Source of the DNA: Gemmatimonadales bacterium
Lineage (GTDB): Bacteria > Gemmatimonadota > Gemmatimonadetes > Gemmatimonadales > GWC2-71-9
DNA length: 64,000 bases
Assembly (NCBI GenBank): GCA_025927545.1
Contig: JAICLE010000002.1
Coordinates: 36,339-100,338 of the forward strand
Direction: 5' to 3'
The position numbers and the translations under genes are program-made. The notes beneath the pieces are model-generated. The model was not told the origin of the DNA, ran no database searches, and saw only the letters and a list, made by a program, of their open reading frames with translations. Of this stretch, positions 57,565 through 64,000 are shown one piece after another (the first letter of the stretch is position 1; each line of letters starts with the position of its first letter).

Positions 57565-58454
57565 CCCGGCCACGCCTGGGACCCGGCGCCGTTCTCGCCG
57601 CAGCTCTCCTCGCGGGGTGCGCATCGTCCACCGCCTCCACCAGCGCACCGGCGCCCGCGCCGCGCCCGAACCAGCCCGACGCGCCGGCACCCACTACGCC
57701 CGGCCGAGGCCCGGCGGTTACGTACCATCCGGTACGGGACGCGGGCTATCGGCTGGAGCGGCACGACAGCCTCAGCCTGCAGTACCCCGGCGGTGCCAGC
57801 CAGGAGCAGGCCCGTGACCGGATCGCGTTTCTGCGGGTGATGGTGAGCGAGTCGGGGACGTCGGGCCAGTACCGTCTGACCGTCGTCCTCGATTCACTGC
57901 AGGCGCTGGAGAACGGTCAGCCCGCAGATCCCGACTCGCTGGCGGCCGCGCGCGGCACCCGCTGGACGGCCACCCTCGACGCCACGGGCGGCCTGGGCGC
58001 GCTCACGCCCGATCGGAAGAGCACGTTCGCCGACGAGCTGACGGGACGGCTCCGGCTCCTGTTCCCGGCGCTGCCGGCCGACGGAGTGCGCGAGGGAATG
58101 GCGTGGACCGACACGACCGAGTACACCCTCACGGCGGACGCGTTCCCGGGCAGCGAGCGGGCGGTGACGACCTACCGCGCCAGCGCCGACGAGGCGCCGG
58201 GCGCGAAGGGGATCACGCTGCAGAGCGCGGGCTCGTACAATCGCACGGGAACGCAGCGGCAGGCCGACCAGGAGCTGCAGATGACGGCCAGCGGCACGCG
58301 CCGCGGCGTCCACCGGCTCGGGCTGGATGGGGTCCTCGTCTCCGCCCAGGGCAATGACGTGGGCGACATGACGATCACTGTTCCGACTGTAGGTCAGACA
58401 GTTCCGGTCAAGCAGTCGGGCAGCTACTCAGTGACTCTGACGACCCGGCAGTAA
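57561..58454 (+). CDS. hypothetical lipoprotein (paralogue 2 of a tandem pair)
   Basis: 297 aa. It has a lipobox (AALLAGCASS) and an ATGA overlap with the previous gene. It shares blocks with paralogue 1, for example LFPALPADGVREGMAWTDTT versus FFPWVKAGVKSGERWADTS, and TTYRAS versus TSYRAV. Confidence 0.7.
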   Translation: MTRPRLGPGAVLAAALLAGCASSTASTSAPAPAPRPNQPDAPAPTTPGRGPAVTYHPVRDAGYRLERHDSLSLQYPGGASQEQARDRIAFLRVMVSESGTSGQYRLTVVLDSLQALENGQPADPDSLAAARGTRWTATLDATGGLGALTPDRKSTFADELTGRLRLLFPALPADGVREGMAWTDTTEYTLTADAFPGSERAVTTYRASADEAPGAKGITLQSAGSYNRTGTQRQADQELQMTASGTRRGVHRLGLDGVLVSAQGNDVGDMTITVPTVGQTVPVKQSGSYSVTLTTRQ

Positions 58455-58536
58455 CTCCCACCGAGGGGGCGTGGCGGCGCTCAGGATGACCCGGGACACG
58501 CCCGGCGCGTGGCCCGGCACTCGTTGCCCCCCATCC

Positions 58537-58980
58537 TCACATCGAGGGCGCTGACTGGGCCTCCGGCTCGGGCTCGCGCACTGTCCGCTCCGCGACCTCC
58601 TCGACCTGGTCCTTCCCCCGTCCGATCGTCCGCGCGATCCGGCGCCGGGTGTCCTGCCCGCTGGCCGGCAGCAGCAACGCCGCCGCCCCGGCGCCCACGG
58701 CGAGACCGATCAACGCCGCGGTCCGCCGCTCGCGCCGGCGCCGCGCGTCGCGCCGGCCGAGCTCGCGCTGCAGCCGGGTGATCGCGGCCTCGGCGCCGCC
58801 CCGCATGTCATGCAGGCGCCCTCTCACCAGCTTTCGCGTCTCCGCGCCTTCCGCGGGGGCGAAGAGCAACGCGCCCCCCGCGCCCAACGCGAGGGCCAGC
58901 AGGGCCATGCCAAGGAAGCCGCCGGACGCGCCTTCGTCGTCGCCGGCGTCGGACTCCAGGGTGTCGAAATCGGTACGCAT
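58537..58980 (-). CDS. YtxH-domain protein
   Basis: 147 aa from ATG 58980. GFLGMALLALALGAGGALLFAPAEGAETRKLV is the YtxH signature, and a second similar hydrophobic segment follows. The upstream 315 codons of the track ORF are spurious. Confidence 0.75.
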   Translation of the reverse strand: MRTDFDTLESDAGDDEGASGGFLGMALLALALGAGGALLFAPAEGAETRKLVRGRLHDMRGGAEAAITRLQRELGRRDARRRRERRTAALIGLAVGAGAAALLLPASGQDTRRRIARTIGRGKDQVEEVAERTVREPEPEAQSAPSM

Positions 58981-59043
58981 ATTCCCTCCACGCTTGCGTT
59001 CACGGTCGATGCGGACTGCCGAGACCGATCTCCTGCAACCTAA

Positions 59044-59076
59044 ACGGTGCCCGCGGGCGGCGTCCGGAAGCACCGT
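59044..59076 (-). terminator. candidate terminator downstream of dnaN
   Basis: ACGGTGC...GCACCGT, a 7-bp stem with a 19-nt loop. On the minus strand it is followed by TTTAGGTTG. Confidence 0.35.
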
Positions 59077-59105
59077 CACAGCACGCCGGCGTGGGGCCGC
59101 GGAGC

Positions 59106-60221
59106 TCAGTCCACCAGGCGCAACGGCATCACGAGCGTGAGATAGCTGGACGGGTCGTCCCAGCCCACGGGCTCGCACGTGGCGGCGCGCTCCGGGGCCT
59201 TGAAGGTGAGCCGCACCTCGTCCGTCGGAATGTACTTGAGGATCTCGAGGAGGTAGGACGCGTTGAAGCCGATCTCGAGCGGGTCGCCTTCGTAGCTGAC
59301 GGTGATCTCCTCCTGCGCCTCGCCCAGGTCGGGGGTCTGCACCGAGAGCTTGCACGATCCGTTGGCGAAGGCCATCCGGATCCGGTGAGTCTGGTCGCTG
59401 GCGACGATGCTCATCCGGCGGAGCGCCGACGCGAACGCGGCCTTGTCGGCGGTGGCCGACTTGTCGTTCTCGCGCGGGATGACCTGCTCGTAGTTGGGAT
59501 ACGGTCCCTCGATCAGCCGGGTGAAGACCTGGGTGGTGGCGGAGCGGAAACCCAGGTGATTCTCGCTCCGGGCGATCTCGACCTCTTCGTCGGCCCCGAA
59601 AAGCCGGCGGATCTGCTCGAGCGCCTTGGGCGGAACGATGAGGTCGGCCTGTGCGGTGCCCCCCGCCGACGAGGTGGGGACGTCCATCCGGGCCAGCCGA
59701 TGGCCGTTGGTGGCCACCATGCGCATCCGGTCCGGCCGGAGCTCCCACAGCACCCCGTTCAGGATGGGCCGGCTTTCTTCGGTGCTGGCGGCGAAGGCCA
59801 CATGCGCGATCAGCTTCTGCAGATCGCCGGACGACGTGCGCCAGCCGCCATCGAACTTCACGCTGGGAAAGGCGGGAAACTCCTCGCGGGGCAGGCCGAG
59901 CAGGCGGAAGCGGGAGCGGCCGCACTCGATGCTCACCCGCTGCTCACCCGAGGCGGTGAGGCGGATGGCCGCGCTGGGCAGCTCGCGGACGATCTCGACC
60001 AGCTTCCGCGCCGGCAGCGTGATCGCCCCTTCCTGGTCCACCGAGGCCGATACCGTGGTGCTCACCGCGATGTCGAGGTCGGTTCCCGAGAGCCGGATGC
60101 CGTCCTTCGTGGCCTCGAGGAGGATGTTGGACAGGATGGGCAGCGTCGTCTTGGCCGGCACGCTGGCCGCGACTGCGACGAGGCCTTCCTGGAGTTGCTC
60201 CCGCGTGATCGTGAGCTTCAT
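59106..60221 (-). CDS. dnaN: DNA polymerase III beta sliding clamp
   Basis: 371 aa from ATG 60221. MKLTITREQLQEGLVAVAASVPAKTTLPILSNILLEA is a typical DnaN N-terminus, and the gene lies directly downstream of dnaA. Confidence 0.95.
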   Translation of the reverse strand: MKLTITREQLQEGLVAVAASVPAKTTLPILSNILLEATKDGIRLSGTDLDIAVSTTVSASVDQEGAITLPARKLVEIVRELPSAAIRLTASGEQRVSIECGRSRFRLLGLPREEFPAFPSVKFDGGWRTSSGDLQKLIAHVAFAASTEESRPILNGVLWELRPDRMRMVATNGHRLARMDVPTSSAGGTAQADLIVPPKALEQIRRLFGADEEVEIARSENHLGFRSATTQVFTRLIEGPYPNYEQVIPRENDKSATADKAAFASALRRMSIVASDQTHRIRMAFANGSCKLSVQTPDLGEAQEEITVSYEGDPLEIGFNASYLLEILKYIPTDEVRLTFKAPERAATCEPVGWDDPSSYLTLVMPLRLVD

Positions 60222-60440
60222 GCCGCTCCCCGAAGAGGAAAAAGCAGTACTACTCTTCCAGTTTATAAAACTTAGCAGCAGTAGTAGAGGCTCTGGAAAT
60301 GTGGGCCGCCGTCGTAACATCACCGCTTGGCGGCAGTTGGTCTCCCCGCGCCGTGTCGGCGCCCTGTGGGTGATGGGGACGAACGTCCCGTGCTCTCCAC
60401 GGTGATCCAGAGTTCCCACACGTCGCCGCGACGGCGGGGA

Positions 60441-61835
60441 TTATTCTGCGCACAACTCCTGGCGCGCGTGCTCCACCCGCTCGCGGAACGTGCGATCGCG
60501 CGACATCTGCCGGCTCACCTTGTCCACGCTGTGAATCACGGTGCTGTGGTCGCGGCCGCCGAACGCCTGGCCGATCTCGACCAGTTGCATCTCCAGCAAC
60601 TCGCGCGCGAGATACATGGCGATCTGCCGCGGCACCGTAAGCGTCTTGATCCGTGCCTTCGAGCGGAGCCCCTCCGGGGTAACGCCCCAGCGGCGGGCCA
60701 CGACCTCCTGCACCTTGTTGACCGACGGGAGCGCCCGGGGCGAGCCCGGTCCGTCTTCGCCCGGCCGGATCTTGTCGCTCAGCGCCTCGCGCGCCAGCTC
60801 GATCGAGACTTCCTTGTGCTTGAGCGAGGCGAACAGCAGCAGCTTGATGATGCACCCCTCGAGCTCCCGGACGTTCGAGCGCACGTGCTCGGCGATGAAC
60901 CGGAGCACGTCGTCCGGGATGGTCAGCTCCAGGTGGTCCTGCTCCTGCTTCTTCCTGAGGATGGCGATCCGGTGCTCCAGGTCCGGCTGGCCGATGTCGG
61001 CCACCATGCCCCACTCGAACCGGCTCACCAGGCGGGCCTCGAGGCCCGGCAGCTCCTTGGGCGGCCGGTCCGAGGTCAGGACGATCTGCCGGTTGCCCTC
61101 GTAGAGCGCGTTGAACGTATGGAAGAACTCCTCCTGGGTCATTTCCTTGCCTTCCAGGAAGTGCACGTCGTCCACCAGGAACAGGTCCACGTCGGTCCGG
61201 TAGCGGCGCCGGAACTCGGGCATCGTCCGGCTGTGGATGCTCTCGATGACCTCGTTGATGAACTGCTCGGCGCCCACGTAGAGGACCCGGGTGTCCGGCT
61301 GCCGCTCGCAGACGGTGTGGGCGATGGCCTGCATCAGGTGGGTCTTGCCCAGCCCGGTGGCGCCGTAGATGAAGAGCGGGTTGTAGGTCTTGCCCGGTGA
61401 CTCGGCCGCCGCGTGTGCCGCCGCCGCCGCCAGCTCGTTGGACTTGCCGATGACGAAGGTGTCGAAGGTGTAGCGCTCGTTGAGCGGCTGCGTGCTCGGG
61501 TTGGCGGATTGGCGGCCCACGGGCTCGGCCTCGCGAGCGGCGGGGGGCGCCACGAAGAAGTCCATCTGCGGCCGCTTCTGGCGGTCCTCGTGCACGCGGA
61601 ACACGACGGAGGTGGGCTGCCCGACGACCGGCTCGGCCAGCCTGGAGAGGAGCGTCGCGTGCTTGGTTTCGTTCCACTCCACCGCGAACTGATCCGGCGC
61701 GCCGACGATCAGCCGGCCCTCATCGAGGGCGATGGCCTCGGTGGGCTCGAGCCAGGTCCGGATCGTATGATCAGGAAGTTCGCGGTGCGCCTCGTCGAGG
61801 ATGCGCTTCCATGCGTCTTTGGCGGACAGCTGCAT
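60441..61835 (-). CDS. dnaA: chromosomal replication initiator protein DnaA
   Basis: 464 aa. It shows Walker A GATGLGKTHL, Walker B LFLVDDVHFL, sensor motifs, and the C-terminal DNA-binding helix GGRDHSTVIHSV. Confidence 0.97.
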   Translation of the reverse strand: MQLSAKDAWKRILDEAHRELPDHTIRTWLEPTEAIALDEGRLIVGAPDQFAVEWNETKHATLLSRLAEPVVGQPTSVVFRVHEDRQKRPQMDFFVAPPAAREAEPVGRQSANPSTQPLNERYTFDTFVIGKSNELAAAAAHAAAESPGKTYNPLFIYGATGLGKTHLMQAIAHTVCERQPDTRVLYVGAEQFINEVIESIHSRTMPEFRRRYRTDVDLFLVDDVHFLEGKEMTQEEFFHTFNALYEGNRQIVLTSDRPPKELPGLEARLVSRFEWGMVADIGQPDLEHRIAILRKKQEQDHLELTIPDDVLRFIAEHVRSNVRELEGCIIKLLLFASLKHKEVSIELAREALSDKIRPGEDGPGSPRALPSVNKVQEVVARRWGVTPEGLRSKARIKTLTVPRQIAMYLARELLEMQLVEIGQAFGGRDHSTVIHSVDKVSRQMSRDRTFRERVEHARQELCAE

Positions 61836-61876
61836 CGGGACTCGAAAACTTAGGAGGGATTGATCAAGGGCGAGAG

Positions 61877-61905
61877 ATGTTACGGAACGGTTGTGGAAAA
61901 GTCAA
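61877..61905 (-). promoter_or_regulatory. candidate dnaA promoter (TTGACT-17-TAACAT) with embedded DnaA box TTTTCCACA
   Basis: The minus strand reads TTGACT tttccacaaccgttccg TAACAT. The 9-mer TTTTCCACA (61900-61892) matches the TTATCCACA consensus at 8/9 and spans the -35/spacer junction. The -10 ends 41 nt before the dnaA ATG. Confidence 0.5.
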
Positions 61906-61943
61906 CCATGCATCAACGCGCGCGAATCTACTCTTGACAAGAT

Positions 61944-62028
61944 GGAAAGACGGAAGGACGGAAAGACGGAAAGGCGACAGACGGAGGGTTGGTAACGACG
62001 GTGCTGCTCGAAGACGCGTCCTTCCGTC
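61944..62028. repeat. octamer-array inverted repeat element, copy 3
   Basis: GGAAAGAC GGAAGGAC GGAAAGAC GGAAAGGC (61944-61975). Further on, GACGGAAGGACG (61949-61960) pairs with CGTCCTTCCGTC (62017-62028). The 15-mer CGGAAGGACGGAAAG lies at 61951. Confidence 0.85.
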
Positions 62029-62037
62029 CGGAGCAGC

Positions 62038-62066
62038 TTGACCGCATCCTCCCCTCTAACTAGCTT
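62038..62066 (+). promoter_or_regulatory. candidate rpmH promoter (TTGACC-17-TAGCTT)
   Basis: The hexamers are spaced 17 nt apart, with GGAGGA at 62081-62086 and the ATG at 62095. The -10 matches only at T1, A2 and T6. Confidence 0.35.
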
Positions 62067-62094
62067 CCCGGGCTCACTTTGGAGGAACGCCCGC

Positions 62095-62256
62095 ATGAAA
62101 CCGTCGTATCGGCCGCGCAACAAGCGCCGGATCAACAAGCATGGCTTCCGCGCTCGCATGGCCACGCGCTGGGGGCGGGCGGTCCTTTCCCGCCGCCGGA
62201 AGAAGGGGCGCAAGCGGCTCACCGTCTCGCTGCCCTCGAAGCACGGGGGCTCCTGA
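62095..62256 (+). CDS. rpmH: 50S ribosomal protein L34
   Basis: 53 aa: [44 protein letters not shown]... Confidence 0.95.
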   Translation: MKPSYRPRNKRRINKHGFRARMATRWGRAVLSRRRKKGRKRLTVSLPSKHGGS

Positions 62257-62606
62257 CGCCCTCGGCGCGCCTGCCGCGAGCCCACCGGCTCGCGCGCGCG
62301 TCGGACATCCGCCGGTGCCTCGCCAAGGGACGGCGCCGCCGGTACGAGCATCTGGACATGATCTGGATGGACAACACGACGGGCCACCCGCGCATGGGAC
62401 TGATCGTTTCGAAGTTCCAGGCCTCCGCGGTGGCCCGCAACCGTTTGCGCCGGCGCCTCCGCGAGATCTGGCGGCGCGAGCTGCAGCCGCACCAGCCGGC
62501 GTGGGACCTCGTCATCAAGACCCGGCCCGAGGCGTACGCCGCATCGTTCGACGGGCTCCGCGCCGATCTCGCCGCCTGGCGGCGCACGGTGCTGAGGTCC
62601 GCGTGA
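62253..62606 (+). CDS. rnpA: ribonuclease P protein component
   Basis: It shows ...[19 protein letters not shown]...[26 protein letters not shown] (the RNR motif) in the canonical position after rpmH. No ATG or GTG lies near the 5' end, so the start is uncertain (CTG 62253 or 62271). Confidence 0.8.
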   Translation: MTPSARLPRAHRLARASDIRRCLAKGRRRRYEHLDMIWMDNTTGHPRMGLIVSKFQASAVARNRLRRRLREIWRRELQPHQPAWDLVIKTRPEAYAASFDGLRADLAAWRRTVLRSA

Positions 62607-62836
62607 CCGCCCTCCGCCCCGCCCTGCCGGGCCGCCTCCTCGCCCTGCTGATCCGCGGCTACCAGCGCTTCCTATCGCCCGCGCTGCCGCCCAGTTGCCG
62701 GTTTCATCCGTCCTGCTCCCAGTACGCGCTCGAGGCGGTCACCCGGCACGGCGCCCTCCGGGGCGGCTGGCTGGCCGTCCGCCGACTCGCCCGGTGCCAC
62801 CCGTTCCATCCGGGCGGCTTCGATCCCGTCCCCTGA
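62603..62836 (+). CDS. yidD: membrane protein insertion efficiency factor YidD
   Basis: 77 aa from GTG 62603, with a GTGA overlap. [30 protein letters not shown]...[14 protein letters not shown] is the YidD signature. Confidence 0.92.
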   Translation: MTALRPALPGRLLALLIRGYQRFLSPALPPSCRFHPSCSQYALEAVTRHGALRGGWLAVRRLARCHPFHPGGFDPVP

Positions 62837-62853
62837 CCCCGTGATCTGAGCTC

Positions 62854-64000
62854 ATGGACCGTCGTACCGTCTGGGCGATCCTGCTGATGATGGTCATCGC
62901 CATCATGCCCGCGATCTTCCTCAAGCGTCCGCCCCGGCCCGGTCCGGCTGCCGGTGCGACCGGCGACACTACGGCCCGGAATACCACGGCCCGGGACACG
63001 ACGCCGGCCCCACCGCCCGCGGCCAGGCCGGCCGCTCCCGCGGCGCCGGCACCGGTGGACAGCATGCGCGGACGGACCGACAGCACGGCGCCGCAGGGGC
63101 GTCCGGCGCAGACGATTCACGTCACCTCGCCTCTCTACACCTACGGCATCAGCACCGCGGGTGCCCGGCTGGTGCAGGCCCGGCTCGAGCGCTACCGCTC
63201 GATGGCTCCCGGCGACGACAACGCGCTCGCGCAGCTCCTTCCGCCCGGCAGCGAGCTCCTCGGGCTGACCCTGCTCGTCGGCCGAGACACGATCTCGCTC
63301 GCCGACGCGCCGTTCACCGCCTCTGCCACCTCGCTCCGGGCGGGCGATGGCCCGCTCGAGCTCAGCACCTCGCGCGGGCCGGTGACGGTCGACCTGACCT
63401 ACCGCTTCGCGCCCGACGACTACCGGATCGTGGTGGAGGGCCGGGTGCGCGGCGTGGGCCCGAACGGCGGGACGCTCCTGGTGGGGATGGGACCGACACT
63501 CGCCAACACCGAAGCCAACGTGACCGAGAATCACCGGGCGCTGGCGCTGGTGACGCACCAGAACGGCGTCGACCGGGTCGACTTCAGCGGCCTCGATGCC
63601 GGCGAGACCAAGACCGTGAGCGGCCCGCTCGATTGGGCCGTGGTCAAGTCCAAGTACTTCGTCACCGGGGTGCTCGCCTTCGACAGCGCCGGTGGCCGGA
63701 TCAGCGGCGCCAGCATCACCGCACGTCCCACGGCGGAGAAGCACCCGACCGAGGCCGACGTCAAGGTGAGCCTGCCGGTGCCGCCGAGCGGCGCGTTCTC
63801 CTACACGGTCTACGCGGGACCGATGGAGTACGACCGCCTCGCCCGGATCGGTCACGGCTTCGACGACGTCAATCCGTACGGCTGGCCCGGGCTCCGCACC
63901 CTCATCCGCCCGGTGGCGGTCGGCGTGCGCTGGCTCCTCGTCTGGATGCACGAGCACCTGCACCTCGCGTACGGCCTGGTGCTCGTCTTCTTCGGCATCA
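62854..64000 (+). CDS. yidC: membrane protein insertase YidC, N-terminal ~382 aa; gene runs off the right edge
   Basis: Translation from ATG 62854 reads MDRRTVWAILLMMVIAIMPAIF (TM1), then a Pro/Ala-rich linker, a periplasmic domain, and the start of the conserved core (WPGLRTLIRPVAVGVRWLLVWMHEHL). It holds the canonical position after yidD. Absent from the ORF track because no stop lies inside the window. Confidence 0.9.
   Translation, partial: MDRRTVWAILLMMVIAIMPAIFLKRPPRPGPAAGATGDTTARNTTARDTTPAPPPAARPAAPAAPAPVDSMRGRTDSTAPQGRPAQTIHVTSPLYTYGISTAGARLVQARLERYRSMAPGDDNALAQLLPPGSELLGLTLLVGRDTISLADAPFTASATSLRAGDGPLELSTSRGPVTVDLTYRFAPDDYRIVVEGRVRGVGPNGGTLLVGMGPTLANTEANVTENHRALALVTHQNGVDRVDFSGLDAGETKTVSGPLDWAVVKSKYFVTGVLAFDSAGGRISGASITARPTAEKHPTEADVKVSLPVPPSGAFSYTVYAGPMEYDRLARIGHGFDDVNPYGWPGLRTLIRPVAVGVRWLLVWMHEHLHLAYGLVLVFFGI

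Noticed and set aside
60244-60250. GTACTGC/GCAGTAC heptamer as a window-wide motif (also in the 46600 palindrome and upstream of dnaN)
   Set aside because: A rough base-composition estimate gives several chance occurrences of this 7-mer in 64 kb on both strands. Only the local cluster of three within 48 nt (49553-49600) and the conserved 40-mer context are treated as meaningful.
62704-63963. 419-aa minus-strand ORF
   Set aside because: It is antisense to yidC, which sits in the canonical rpmH-rnpA-yidD-yidC order and has a YidC-like TM1 and core. It is a shadow ORF.

Overview
GC-rich bacterial chromosomal segment (by eye about two-thirds G+C or more; not computed) covering the replication-origin neighbourhood. 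dnaN<-dnaA and the divergent rpmH->rnpA->yidD->yidC lie at the right end, polA in the middle, mnmG at the left edge, and the RNase P RNA gene (rnpB) at about 56.35 kb. I call about 66 protein-coding genes, each identified from motifs read directly in the translations; no database search was possible. Main blocks: (1) a sufR-sufB-sufC-sufD-sufS-sufU operon extended by a bacilliredoxin-like gene and a small unknown ORF (658-7285, minus strand). (2) def, a 7Fe-type ferredoxin, a thioesterase/alpha-beta-hydrolase fusion, rnd and sufT. (3) Envelope and secreted functions: two class-C beta-lactamase-like hydrolases, a matrixin-like protease, an MMPL transporter and a GWxTD lipoprotein. (4) Two Hanks-type Ser/Thr kinases, pyrE and gdh. 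(5) A cupin-rich metabolic stretch holding a PLP decarboxylase, an AhpD-like protein, two VOC ring-cleaving-dioxygenase paralogues and a translationally coupled RuBisCO-like protein (form IV) + cupin pair. (6) A MarR-like regulator with an OMF-MFP-RND efflux operon. (7) Small membrane or unknown genes (LuxR-type, DUF2231, DUF1003, DinB/YfiT, DMT, DmpA). I recognised no rRNA, tRNA, CRISPR array, transposase, integrase or phage gene. Many genes are joined by 4-nt ATGA/GTGA start-stop overlaps. Most long antisense ORFs in the track are GC-driven shadow ORFs. The lineage guess (Gemmatimonadota/Acidobacteriota-like, from GWxTD, TPR kinases and GC content) is only a guess. Hunt result: I did not find a convincing new multi-gene system such as a defence island. 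The most unusual signals are non-coding. First, a family of three intergenic elements built from inverted arrays of an 8-bp purine-rich unit (GGAARGRC), sharing an identical 15-mer and sitting next to polA, rnpB and dnaA/rpmH. Second, a 40-70 nt conserved intergenic element present twice, with a GTACTGC cluster and one compensatory stem change. Third, several strong candidate operators: a 20-bp perfect palindrome upstream of the efflux operon, and direct repeats in two other regulatory regions. Fourth, a dnaA promoter with an embedded DnaA box, and a possible unwinding element with DnaA-trio-like triplets between dnaA and dnaN. Start codons are my best choices and may be off by a few codons.
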